A stretch of 64,000 nt of DNA from Gemmatimonadota bacterium (GTDB taxonomy: Bacteria; Gemmatimonadota; Gemmatimonadetes; Palauibacterales; Palauibacteraceae): NCBI GenBank assembly GCA_963666735.1, contig OY762926.1:384001-448000 (forward strand). Direction: 5' to 3'. Every line of letters starts with the position of its first letter. Position 1 is the first letter of the stretch. The notes under the pieces are model-generated. The model had not been told where the DNA came from and made no database searches. It saw only the letters and a program-made list of their open reading frames with translations. The translations under genes and the position numbers were made by a program. This document shows positions 20,189 through 29,926 of the stretch, in pieces.

Positions 20189-21406
20189 CTAGGAACCGGC
20201 GCCCAGGAACCATGGGAGGATCCGAACCCCGCCGAGGTCGAAATCCTCTGTCCCGCCGTGGACCAGCACGCCGCCCCGATTCGGGTTGGAGGGAATCGAG
20301 GTCCACCACTGAAGCGACGAGATGGCATCCGGGGGTACCGTTCGGCCCGACTTGACTTCCACGGGAATGAGACGGCTGCCTGCGTCGATCAGAATGTCGA
20401 TCTCGTGGCCTGTCGCGTCGCGCCAGAAATACAGATTCGGATCGCGACGCCTGGCGGCGCAGGCCTTGAAGAGTTCCGCGACGATGAAGGACTCGAAGAT
20501 GGCGCCACGCAGCGGATGTCTTTCGAGCGTCGCCGCATCTTCGATGCCCAGCAGATAGCACACCAGCCCGGAATCGAGAAAGTGAAGTCGCGGACGCTTG
20601 CGGAGTCGCTTACGGTAGCTGGCGTGATGCGGTGGCAGCGTTGTCGCGAGATACCCGATCTCGAGGGCGGTGAGCCATCGTCGAGCGGTCTGGTGCGTGA
20701 CGCCCGCGTCGGCGGCCAACCCGCTGAGGTTGAGTTCGGTGGCGGTACGAGCCGCCGCAAGCCGCACGAACGTCTCAAACGTTCTCAGATCAAGAACCTG
20801 GGTGACCTCGCGAAGATCGCGCTCGACGTACGTTCGGAAGTAGTCCGCCATCCATTCGCGCGGCGAAAGGCCTCGGTCGTGTACCGGCGGATAGAAGCCG
20901 GTCAAGAGAGTCGCCCAGGGATCCATTTCCGACAGCCGCTTCGCCACTGCTGGTGCCGGGGCCGCACCGCGTCGATCAAGTTCGCTCGGGTCCAGCGCCG
21001 GGGACCCGTGCAGTTCGGCGAGCGAGAACGGCAGCAGGAGGAGAAGCGCGGTTCGGCCGGCCAGGGTCTGCGAGACGGACTTCAGGAGCAGGATGTTCTG
21101 CGATCCCGTGACTACAAACCGGCCGGGTCGCCCGTCCTCGTCGACGAGTCCCTGCACGTAGGACAGCAGTTCGGGTGCCCGCTGGATCTCGTCGAGGATC
21201 ATCCGGTCGCCCTGCGCCAGAAACCCGCGCGGATCCGCGATGGCTCGAGCGCGCACGTCCGGCGCTTCGAGCGAGGCGTACCGGTGTTCGGGGAAGACCG
21301 CCCGCACGAGCGTGGTCTTCCCGGATTGGCGGGGCCCGGTGACGGTGACGACGGGATACTGCTCCGCAGCCTTCCGAAGCGTGGGGGTCAGGTGTCGGGG
21401 GATCAT
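20189..21406 (-). CDS. AAA_14 ATPase with DUF4143 nuclease-like C-terminus
   Basis: GPRQSGKT, ILDEIQ, TGS; C-terminal EIDILI...PVEVK (PD-(D/E)xK-like). Confidence 0.85.
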   Translation of the reverse strand: MIPRHLTPTLRKAAEQYPVVTVTGPRQSGKTTLVRAVFPEHRYASLEAPDVRARAIADPRGFLAQGDRMILDEIQRAPELLSYVQGLVDEDGRPGRFVVTGSQNILLLKSVSQTLAGRTALLLLLPFSLAELHGSPALDPSELDRRGAAPAPAVAKRLSEMDPWATLLTGFYPPVHDRGLSPREWMADYFRTYVERDLREVTQVLDLRTFETFVRLAAARTATELNLSGLAADAGVTHQTARRWLTALEIGYLATTLPPHHASYRKRLRKRPRLHFLDSGLVCYLLGIEDAATLERHPLRGAIFESFIVAELFKACAARRRDPNLYFWRDATGHEIDILIDAGSRLIPVEVKSGRTVPPDAISSLQWWTSIPSNPNRGGVLVHGGTEDFDLGGVRILPWFLGAGS

Positions 21407-21490
21407 GACAGCAGTCTGACGGCTGCGCCGGTTCGTGTCAAACCGATGATAGCATCATCAAAGTGGCACGATCGTGAATGTGTCTCGGCG

Positions 21491-22225
21491 TCAGGCGGGA
21501 GCGGTCGCGATCGCCTTGCGGGGCGGAGGGTAGGCGCGCGGGGACGGCCTGACACCGGTGGCCGCGAACGACTCCGCCGCCTTGAGCGCAGCGAGAACGG
21601 GGTTGATGACGGGTACGCCGAGACGCTCAGAGAGCGTTCGGGCGACATCCAGGAATCCCATCGTCATACAGCCGAGCACGAGCGTGTCCGCCCCTGCGCT
21701 CAGCGCCGCGTGGGCCTCGAGCTCCATCGCCTCGAGCACCTGATCCGCGCGATGCCGGAGTTCGAGCACCGGGACGTCCACCGCCCGGATGTCGGCCACG
21801 AGGCCTTCGAGTCCGTAGCCCCGCATCTGGCGGCGGATCGCCGGGATGACCTCCTCGACCACCGTGATGATCGCGAAGCGCTGTCCCATCTGCGCCGCGG
21901 CGAGCGCTCCGGCCTGGCCCGGACCGATGACGGGGAAGTCGACGAGTTCGCGGGCCGGCGCGAGTCCGGGGTCGCCGAAGCAGCCGATGATCATCGCGTC
22001 GAACCCCTCCGCCTCGAGACGCGGCGCGGCTTCGAGGATGCCCGGAACCGAGAGATACTCCTCGGCGGACGACTCGACCGAGGCGGGACCGTTATCCGTC
22101 TCGCGAACGACGGCCTCCGTCCCCCGAAAGGCATGCTCGTTGAGGAAAGTCTGGCGCCGAACGAGTTCCTCCGGCCCGAGAGGACCGCGGGACATCGGTC
22201 CGGGGAGGAAGTAGACAATGCGCAT
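21491..22225 (-). CDS. Asp/Glu/hydantoin racemase family protein
   Basis: IGCFGDPG and VLGCMTM catalytic Cys pair; PVINPV. Confidence 0.85.
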   Translation of the reverse strand: MRIVYFLPGPMSRGPLGPEELVRRQTFLNEHAFRGTEAVVRETDNGPASVESSAEEYLSVPGILEAAPRLEAEGFDAMIIGCFGDPGLAPARELVDFPVIGPGQAGALAAAQMGQRFAIITVVEEVIPAIRRQMRGYGLEGLVADIRAVDVPVLELRHRADQVLEAMELEAHAALSAGADTLVLGCMTMGFLDVARTLSERLGVPVINPVLAALKAAESFAATGVRPSPRAYPPPRKAIATAPA

Positions 22226-22367
22226 ATCTTGATCCCTTTCGGTTTGCTCGGCTGCTCGAAGATCGCGGCTTAGGTGTTCCGGGTACGAAACAGGCTGTAC
22301 GTTGCCGCACGGGCGGCTTCTGCTTGCCGCGTGGCCACGTCCACATAGCCTGATCGCCGTGAACTCG

Positions 22368-23651
22368 ATGATCAAGTCGCTGCGTCTCGCCAACTTTAAG
22401 AATTTCGCGGACGAAACCCTACGCATGGGGCCGTTCACGGTCGTGGTGGGTGCGAACGCGAGCGGAAAGAGCAACATCCGCGACGCCTTCCGCATCCTTC
22501 ATGGGATCGGCCGCGGCTACGGCCTCGCCGAAATCCTTGGGGGCAGGTACGGTCCCGGAGGGGAACTTCAGTGGAACCCGATCCGCGGCGCGCCAAGTGA
22601 GATCGCCCGCCTCGGCTCAGCTTCCCTCACGCTGCAAGTCGAAATGAATCTTACCGGCCAGGCGCGAGCGCGGCCGCCGCTGATGAAGTACGGCATCAAG
22701 ATTGCCGTAGAGCAGGGAGCCTCACGGGAGTTCCGCGTCGTTTCCGAGAACCTGACCGTGAGGAACAAACCCATCTATACGAGTCACCCGCCGGCACCTG
22801 ATCCTGTAGCGAAACAAGATGACGAGACAAACTTCCTGCTGCGTATGGCCAAGACCGGCGATCAGAGGAAATACGGGCACCGCGTGATGGTGAGACCGGA
22901 TCAGCCCGCGCTCACACAGATTCGAGAACACAAGAAGGTGGTGCGGCCGCACAAGGATTATGCGCAGCAGGTCATCGAGACGTTGGCGAACATGCGGTTC
23001 CTCGATCTCCTCCCCGATAGAATGCGTCGACCGGCATTCCCTGGGCAGAGCACCTTAGGGGACAGAGGCGAGAACCTGCCCACGGTGCTCAAGGAGATCT
23101 GTGAGGACCCTTCTCGCCGCAGTGCCCTGGTGTCATGGATCCGAGAACTGACCCCAATGGATGTAGAGGATCTCAAATTCGTCAGCGACCCGACGACGGG
23201 ATTGATCCAACTCGTATTCCGTGAGACGGATGGAAGCGATATCTCAGCCTATTCCGCTTCTGATGGGACGCTCCGGTTCCTCGCTGTACTGGCGGCTCTT
23301 CTGGCGAAGAATCCTGTGGGTCTGCATGTATTCGAAGAGATCGATAACGGCATTCACCCGTCGCGCCTGCGGTTGCTACTCGATCTGATCGAAAGTCAGA
23401 CCAAGAAGGGGCGGACGCAGGTTGTAACCACAACTCACTCCCCAGGCCTCCTCTCGATGGTTGGCGACGAGACCTTCGACAGCACGGGTGTGGTCGTCCG
23501 GCGACCGCATGCGAACGATAGTGTCATTGCCTCGGTGGCAAACCTTCCCGACGCCAAAAACCTGAGAGGATCCACGGGCCTCGGCAGCCTGCTCGAGTCG
23601 AACTGGCTGGAGGATGCCGTGATCTTTATGCTCCCGGACGACGGCACTTGA
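22368..23651 (+). CDS. ABC-type (AAA_21/AbiEii-like) ATPase
   Basis: L.NFKNF; Walker A GANASGKS; signature SDGT; Walker B FEEIDNGIHP; H-loop TTHSP. Confidence 0.85.
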   Translation: MIKSLRLANFKNFADETLRMGPFTVVVGANASGKSNIRDAFRILHGIGRGYGLAEILGGRYGPGGELQWNPIRGAPSEIARLGSASLTLQVEMNLTGQARARPPLMKYGIKIAVEQGASREFRVVSENLTVRNKPIYTSHPPAPDPVAKQDDETNFLLRMAKTGDQRKYGHRVMVRPDQPALTQIREHKKVVRPHKDYAQQVIETLANMRFLDLLPDRMRRPAFPGQSTLGDRGENLPTVLKEICEDPSRRSALVSWIRELTPMDVEDLKFVSDPTTGLIQLVFRETDGSDISAYSASDGTLRFLAVLAALLAKNPVGLHVFEEIDNGIHPSRLRLLLDLIESQTKKGRTQVVTTTHSPGLLSMVGDETFDSTGVVVRRPHANDSVIASVANLPDAKNLRGSTGLGSLLESNWLEDAVIFMLPDDGT

Positions 23652-23661
23652 GGATCCTGAA

Positions 23662-24243
23662 TTGAACGTGCTCATCATCCCGGAGGACTTTCGCAACGAT
23701 CAGTACATCCTGCGGCCGCTCTTCCAACGGCTCTTTCGGCGTCTCGGAAAGCCAACTGCGAGGATCCGAGTTTGTCAGAATCCGCGATTGGGAGGAGTCG
23801 ATCAGGCTCTGAGAGTCGAGCGCCTTGCCGCGATCGTCGAGCAGTATCGCGGGATGACCGACCTATTCATTCTCTGCGTTGATCGCGATGGGCAGGTTGG
23901 CCGACGGAGTCGACTCGACAGCATCGAACGGCAGTTGGCCGGTCCGCCCGTATTCCTGGCCGAGAATGCCTGGGAGGAGCTGGAGACCTGGCTTCTGGCC
24001 GGCGTGCAGCTTCCAGCCGGTTGGCATTGGTCGCAGGTCCGAGCCGAAGTACACGTCAAGGAGGCGTACTTCGAAAGGCTCGCACGGCGCCGGGGTCTGG
24101 AGGACCATCCGGGAGGAGGACGCAAGCCACTCGGGGAGGAAGCGGCGCGGAGCGTGGAAGGTATTCGGACGAAGTGCCAGGAGGACTTCGACGCGTTGGC
24201 CCGACGGATTGAGGACTGGCTGGCTCTACCAATAGGGACGTGA
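23662..24243 (+). CDS. TOPRIM-like (DUF4276/RloB-type) partner of the ABC ATPase
   Basis: N-terminal strand + PED, later CVDRDG (DxD), ELETWLLA motif. Confidence 0.6.
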   Translation: MNVLIIPEDFRNDQYILRPLFQRLFRRLGKPTARIRVCQNPRLGGVDQALRVERLAAIVEQYRGMTDLFILCVDRDGQVGRRSRLDSIERQLAGPPVFLAENAWEELETWLLAGVQLPAGWHWSQVRAEVHVKEAYFERLARRRGLEDHPGGGRKPLGEEAARSVEGIRTKCQEDFDALARRIEDWLALPIGT

Positions 24244-25520
24244 CTGACATCCATCTTAGGGACCGCGACCTCGCCCTACTGCAAGGAGATGCGGGGGAGG
24301 GCACGCGGCTCGCGATGTCGATCCTCGCGCGCATGGCCGATGTGGCCGGGGCGCGGGAACTGCTCGACATCACGGCGGCGCACATCGATTCGTCGCTCTA
24401 CCAGGGACCGGCGACGCTCGAATTCGCGGAGCGTCTGGCCGAGGGCGGCGCACGGGTCCGGGTCCCGACGACGCTCAACGTGTCGGGCGTGGACGAACAC
24501 GGATGGCGCGAGTGGGACGTATCCGAATCCTGGGCGGAACCGGCGCGCCGCCAGATGGAGGCGTACGAGGCGATGGGTTGCGAGCCCACCTGGACGTGCG
24601 CGCCGTATCAGACACAGCCGCGCCCGGGGGTCGGGGAGCAGGTGGCGTGGGGCGAGTCGAGCGCGATCGTGTTCGCGAACTCGGTGCTGGGCGCGCGCAC
24701 CGAGCGCTACCCGGACCTGCTGGACATCTGTTGCGCGGTCACGGGCCGGGCCCCGGCCGCGGGGCTCCACCTGACCGGGAATCGAGCGGGGCAGGTGCTC
24801 GTCGATCTATCGGGCGTCCCGCGGCGGCTCGCCGAGGAGCCGGCGCTGTACCCGGTGCTGGGACACTGGACCGGGTTGCGCGTGGAGGGGCGGATCCCGG
24901 TGCTCGACGGACTTCGGGCCCGGCCGGGAGAGGACGACCTGAAGGCGCTGGGCGCCGCCATGGCCTCCTCCGGCGCCGTAGGCCTGTTCCACTGGGTCAG
25001 CCTCACGCCGGAGGCGCCGGACCTGGACGCGGCGTTTCAGGGGAGGGGACCGGCGACTCGGCTGCGTCCGGGGCCCGCGGCGCTGCGAGCGGCGCGGGAT
25101 GAACTCGGCTCGGGGCTGTCCGACGCGGACGGGCTCGACCTCGTCGTGCTGGGGAGCCCGCACTTCTCACTGTCGGAATTCGCGGGTCTAGCCCGGCTCG
25201 TGGAAGGGCGGCGGCGTCACCCGGGCGTTCGCGTGCTCATCACGACGGGCCGCGCGGTACGCGCGCTGGCGCGGGAGGCCGGGTACCTCGACGCGATTGA
25301 ACGGTTCGGAGGCGAACTGACCGTGGACACCTGCATCCTGACGACGCCCATGCTGCCCGAGAGCATCCGGCGACTCATGACCAACTCCGCCAAGTACGCC
25401 TGGTACACCCCCGGCTTGCTCGATCGCGCCGTCGCCTTCGGGAGCCTGGCAGACTGTGTGGATTCTGCCGTCGCCGGGCGCGTCACGCGGGACGACGGCG
25501 CATGGACCGCCGAACCGTGA
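24240..25520 (+). CDS. Aconitase X catalytic (large) subunit
   Basis: AHIDS, PTTLN, TWTCAPY, WGESSA, LGSPHFS, DTC, TNSAK motifs. Confidence 0.85.
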   Translation: MTDIHLRDRDLALLQGDAGEGTRLAMSILARMADVAGARELLDITAAHIDSSLYQGPATLEFAERLAEGGARVRVPTTLNVSGVDEHGWREWDVSESWAEPARRQMEAYEAMGCEPTWTCAPYQTQPRPGVGEQVAWGESSAIVFANSVLGARTERYPDLLDICCAVTGRAPAAGLHLTGNRAGQVLVDLSGVPRRLAEEPALYPVLGHWTGLRVEGRIPVLDGLRARPGEDDLKALGAAMASSGAVGLFHWVSLTPEAPDLDAAFQGRGPATRLRPGPAALRAARDELGSGLSDADGLDLVVLGSPHFSLSEFAGLARLVEGRRRHPGVRVLITTGRAVRALAREAGYLDAIERFGGELTVDTCILTTPMLPESIRRLMTNSAKYAWYTPGLLDRAVAFGSLADCVDSAVAGRVTRDDGAWTAEP

Positions 25521-25957
25521 GTGATCGACGGGCCGCATCGGGTTCCGGTCCGCTGGCCGGCCGAGCGCTCGTCCCGGGTGCCGCGGAAGGCGCCGTCCTC
25601 TACTCCTCCGAGCCGCTCAGCTTCTGGGGCGGCTACGACGCCGAGACCGGGGAGATCATCGACCGGCGCCATCCGCTGGTCGGCCGGATCGGGGCCGGCC
25701 GCATCCTGGCCATCCCGGCGACCCGCGGGTCCAGCACGACGACCGCCGTCCTCCTCGAAGCCATCCGCCGCGGCACGGCCCCGGCGGCGTTTCTGACCCG
25801 CGGCCCCGACACCTTCCTCGCGCTCGCCGCCATAGTCGCCGCCCAGCTCTACGCCCGGTCTCCGCCGGTCGTCGCACTCTCCTCTGCAGACTTCGAGAAG
25901 GTAGAGGAGATCCATCGCGCCCGCGTCGACTCCGCAGGCGCGATTATACCCATCTAA
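25517..25957 (+). CDS. Aconitase X swivel (small, DUF126) subunit
   Basis: PLSFWGG.D..TG.IID..HP and RGSS motifs; directly follows the large subunit. Confidence 0.85.
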   Translation: MSDRRAASGSGPLAGRALVPGAAEGAVLYSSEPLSFWGGYDAETGEIIDRRHPLVGRIGAGRILAIPATRGSSTTTAVLLEAIRRGTAPAAFLTRGPDTFLALAAIVAAQLYARSPPVVALSSADFEKVEEIHRARVDSAGAIIPI

Positions 25958-25971
25958 ATCTAAACCGGAAT

Positions 25972-27444
25972 TCAGCGCCGGTAGTCGAGCGGCGGCGGGC
26001 GGTCGCCCAGCAGCGCCTCGTATGCGAAGTTCAAGCCGCGCCGCTCCGTCAGTTCCTCCCACGCCGAGGCGATCACGTTCGGCGACTGGAAGAGTTCGAT
26101 CGTGGTCAGCGCAAGCGTCTTGGCCGCGACCATCATCCCCTTCGTGCCGATGTCCGTGCCGCCGGCCGCGACCGCCTGCCAGCTGTGCGCGGAAGTGCCC
26201 GGCACCCACGTGGCCGTCCCGAGACCTGCGGTCGGCACGACCCAGCTGATGTCGCCCACGTCGGTCGACCCGCCGCCGACGCCCTCGACGCCGAACTCGA
26301 CGATCTCGCTCTCTGATCCCAGCGGCCGCGAAGGGCCGCCCTCGAAGGTGGCCTGGATCTGCCGGGCGAAGGCGCGTTCCGCCTCCGTGTACTCCACGCC
26401 GCCCACCTTGCGCAGATTCGCGTCCATCACCTTGCCGAGGGCGACGTTGGGCACGAGGTCGTACAGCCCGTGGATGACCTCGTACTCCATCTCCGTCCCC
26501 GTCCCGAGCGCCGCACCCTCGGCCGCCCGCGCCACGCGTTCGAACAGCTCCAGCACCGTCGGGGCGTAGGGGTGCCGTACGTAGTAATAGACCTCGGCGA
26601 AGTCCGGCACGACGTTGGGGGCGAACCCGCCCTGCGTGATGACGTAGTGGATGCGCGTCTCCTGCGGGACGTGTTCGCGCATGAGGTTCACCATGTGGTT
26701 CATCGCCTCCACCCCGTCGAGGGCGCTACGCCCCCGGTCCGGCGCCCCCGCGGCGTGCGCGGAGTAGCCGCTGAAGCGGAACTTCGCCGACTTGTTGGCG
26801 AGCGAGCGTCCGGCCTGTGCGCTGTTCCGCGAACTCGGGTGCCAGTGCAGCGCCACGTCCACATCGTCGAACAGGCCGTCGCGCACCATGTACACCTTGC
26901 CCGCGCCGCCCTCCTCGGCCGGCGTGCCGTAGAGCCGGATCGTCCCCTCATGGCCCGACTCGTCGAGCCACTCCTTGACCGCGATGGCCGCCGCCACGGA
27001 GCCGGTGCCGAACAGGTGGTGGCCGCACGCGTGACCCGCGCCCCCCTCGATGATGGGCGAGCGCTCCGGCACCGCATCCTGCGAGATGCCCGGCAGGGCG
27101 TCGTATTCCGCCAGGATCCCGATGATCGGCCCTCCGGAACCGTAGCTCGCCACGAAGGCGGTGGGCATCCCCGCAACCCCGGATTCGACGGAGAACCCGG
27201 CCGCCTCGAGTTCGCCCTTCAGCAACTCGGAACTCTGCTCCTCCTGGTAGCCGACCTCGGCCCACTCCCAGATCTGCCGCGCGACGCCCGCGTAGTGGTC
27301 GCGACGCGCCTCAATGCCCGCGATCTGCGCGTCCTGAGCCGCCGCCACGAGGGGCAGCGGGAATACGGCCACGAAGGCGCCGACGAGGAGCCGGCGGCCG
27401 AGGAGCTTCCTGTTCGCGACGGGACTTCCGGCTGACATGGACAT
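25972..27444 (-). CDS. M20 amidohydrolase (AbgB-like)
   Basis: EYDALPG, GHACGHH, TPAEEGG, WHP, GSTDVGD; GAGGAG RBS. Confidence 0.85.
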   Translation of the reverse strand: MSMSAGSPVANRKLLGRRLLVGAFVAVFPLPLVAAAQDAQIAGIEARRDHYAGVARQIWEWAEVGYQEEQSSELLKGELEAAGFSVESGVAGMPTAFVASYGSGGPIIGILAEYDALPGISQDAVPERSPIIEGGAGHACGHHLFGTGSVAAAIAVKEWLDESGHEGTIRLYGTPAEEGGAGKVYMVRDGLFDDVDVALHWHPSSRNSAQAGRSLANKSAKFRFSGYSAHAAGAPDRGRSALDGVEAMNHMVNLMREHVPQETRIHYVITQGGFAPNVVPDFAEVYYYVRHPYAPTVLELFERVARAAEGAALGTGTEMEYEVIHGLYDLVPNVALGKVMDANLRKVGGVEYTEAERAFARQIQATFEGGPSRPLGSESEIVEFGVEGVGGGSTDVGDISWVVPTAGLGTATWVPGTSAHSWQAVAAGGTDIGTKGMMVAAKTLALTTIELFQSPNVIASAWEELTERRGLNFAYEALLGDRPPPLDYRR

Positions 27445-27559
27445 GCTTCTGGAACTCCTCGAAGGGGGACGGATAGAACGGTCTGGAGAAGCTGGCCCGG
27501 CGAAGCGCGTCTGGCTAGCCTTGCTCGCCATTTCTCGTACCGGTCGCGGAGGGTTGGGG

Positions 27560-28432
27560 GTGGAGAAAACGAAGTTTCCGGGGGTTCTGTGCGTACTGGC
27601 CGCGGCCCTCACGGCCGTGCCCGCGGAATCCTTGCAGGAAGCACGGGAAGAAACGGACCCGAGTTGGGAGTACAACGCCGAGTTGAGCCTGCTCTTCACG
27701 TCGGGCAACTCGACCGTTCGCACCTTCGGAATCGGCGGAGGAGCCCGGCGTGAGTGGGCAGGCGGTGAGCTGTCCCTGCGCGCGGGCGGCCTTCGGACCG
27801 AGTCCGGCACGACCCGGCGCATCGCCGTCGGCACGGCGGAAGACTTCACGGTGAGGAGCGAGTCCGATCCCGAGCCGACGGCCGAGAACTACTTCGCGCG
27901 GGGCGAGTTCGAGCGTTCGTTCTCGGACCATGTCCACCTTACGATGGGCGCCGGCTGGGAGCGGAACACCTTCGCGGGGTACGAGAGCAAGCTCTCCCTG
28001 GTCGGCGGCATCGGAAACGTGTGGATCGACAACGAGAGGACCCGGCTCAAGAGCGACTACGGGTTGACCCTCACCGCCCAGAACGACGTCATCGAGGATC
28101 CCGGCAAGAGCTCGACGTTCGGCGGAGTCCGCGTCTCCACCAGCTTTCGGCGCCAATTGACGGAGACGGCCAACCTCGAGAGCACGCTGACGCTGGACGA
28201 GAACCTCACGGATGCCGCGGACCTCCGCGCCGATCTCGCCAACTCCCTGGCGGTCGACATCAACAGCTCCCTGGCCGTGAAGACGGGCCTCCGCCTCGTG
28301 TGGGACAACGCGCCGGCCCTCACGCGGGCGCCGCTGGAGGAGCCCGGAGGGATCTCGGCCGGTGAGACGGTTCTCGTCCCGCGCCACAAGCTGGACTCCA
28401 CGCTGACGATCGCGCTCGTCGCCAACTTCTGA
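27560..28432 (+). CDS. DUF481 family outer-membrane beta-barrel protein
   Basis: Signal peptide; TSGNS motif; beta-strand pattern; C-terminal Phe. Confidence 0.7.
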   Translation: MEKTKFPGVLCVLAAALTAVPAESLQEAREETDPSWEYNAELSLLFTSGNSTVRTFGIGGGARREWAGGELSLRAGGLRTESGTTRRIAVGTAEDFTVRSESDPEPTAENYFARGEFERSFSDHVHLTMGAGWERNTFAGYESKLSLVGGIGNVWIDNERTRLKSDYGLTLTAQNDVIEDPGKSSTFGGVRVSTSFRRQLTETANLESTLTLDENLTDAADLRADLANSLAVDINSSLAVKTGLRLVWDNAPALTRAPLEEPGGISAGETVLVPRHKLDSTLTIALVANF

Positions 28433-29035
28433 CCCCGCGAGCGGCCCGTCCCGCGCCCGGAACCGGGGCGCTCCAGCCCGGGACGGGAAGCTCCGCGAGC
28501 CCCTCGGTGACTCGCTGGCCTGCGGTCATGCCTCCGACGATGAAGGCTCGGTCGCCCGCCAGTGCGATGCCGCGGTGGTCCATCGTGGACGTGCCCGGCG
28601 CCTCGGCCGCGATCCAGCTCTCGGTCGCGACACCGAAGGCGAACGCACCCGCCCAGGGCTCGGCCGTCCGTCCGTCGTATCCGATCCCGTCTCCCGCGAT
28701 GCCTCCCGCGTATCCGAAGACGGGCGGACCCGGGATCGGCGTCGCCTGCTCCCAGGCGTTCCGCTCCGGATCGTAGATCTGGACGGCGGCCACGTTGTCC
28801 GAGTCGTGCCAGCCCGAGACGAGGTAGATCAGCGAGTCGCGCCACACGCCCGAGACGGCGTCGTCCACGGGTAGGGGCATGGGAGCGGCGGCGGGGCATC
28901 CGGGCCGGAATCCCCGCTGTTCCCGGGCGTCCCGCACCCGGTGCCCGCGAGCGCCGCCCCCAGGCTGAAGGCGCGAAGCCCGGCACGCACGGGGATCGGC
29001 GCCCCGTGCGGCAGGACCGGCCTCACGGCCTGCAT
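28433..29035 (-). pseudogene. Degenerate Kelch-repeat lipoprotein
   Basis: Lipobox (LAGTGC) is in one frame and Kelch blades (IYLVSGW...YDP..NAW; FIVGG) are in another; too few blades for a full propeller. Confidence 0.55.
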
Positions 29036-29047
29036 GTCATCCGCATG

Positions 29048-29788
29048 TCAGAAGAACCCGAGCTGGTCCGGGGGCGTGTCGCCGGCAGCGGGGCGCTCCC
29101 GCCAGCCCGCTGCCTCCCGGATCGGGGCGCTCCGCGGCTTCGCGCAGGCCGCATCGTCCGCGGCCACGCGGTTGACCCGGCGGCTGACCGCGAACACCTC
29201 CAGCGTCTCCGCGTCGAACGGCTGCAGCGGCGCCATGGTGCGCTCCGAGATGTCGAGATCGAGCCACATCTGCGCGCCCTCGCCCTCGAGGATGACCGGC
29301 ATGCGGCCGTGCAGCGGTTCGAGCAACTCGTTCGCGTCCGTCGTGACGATCGTGCAGGAGGGGATCGGGCCGTTCGGTCCCGGCCACACGTCCCACAGGC
29401 CCGCGAGCGCCATCGGCTCCCGGTCCCGCCGCCGGATGAGGTACGGCTGCCTCAGGCCGCCCTCCTTCCGCCACTCGTAGAAGCCGTCGGAAAGGACAGC
29501 GCAGCGCCGGTCGATGAGGAGGTCGCGAAATGCCCGCCGGGTCTCGAGCGACTCGGAGCGGGCGTTGATCATGAGCGGGAGCGAAGCGGGGTCCTCCGCC
29601 CAGTGCGGGATCAGTCCCCAGCGCAGCAAGACGAGTTCGCGCCCCGCCTCTCCTCGCCGCAGCGCGATGACATCGTCGGTGGGCGCCACGTTGAACCGAG
29701 CCCCCCGGTCGCCGAGTCGCGACGGGTCGGCCTCGAAGAGTTCGGCCAGGTCCGGAACCGGGGTCCGAAGGCTGAATCGTCCGCACAT
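29048..29788 (-). CDS. SOS response-associated peptidase (SRAP/YedK family abasic-site protector)
   Basis: MCGRF N-terminus; NVAPT, RWGLIP, INARSE, GFYEW, HGRMPV. Confidence 0.92.
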   Translation of the reverse strand: MCGRFSLRTPVPDLAELFEADPSRLGDRGARFNVAPTDDVIALRRGEAGRELVLLRWGLIPHWAEDPASLPLMINARSESLETRRAFRDLLIDRRCAVLSDGFYEWRKEGGLRQPYLIRRRDREPMALAGLWDVWPGPNGPIPSCTIVTTDANELLEPLHGRMPVILEGEGAQMWLDLDISERTMAPLQPFDAETLEVFAVSRRVNRVAADDAACAKPRSAPIREAAGWRERPAAGDTPPDQLGFF

Positions 29789-29926
29789 GCCGCCAAGGTA
29801 ACGCGCGGCACAGCCGGCGGCCCCGTTGCGGGTCCCGGCGCGCGCGCCGACAATCCTCCGGCCCGGTGACCGAGCCGGGCCTTGTTCCCCGAACCGCAAA
29901 CCAGCCACTCGAAGGGCATGGATCAG

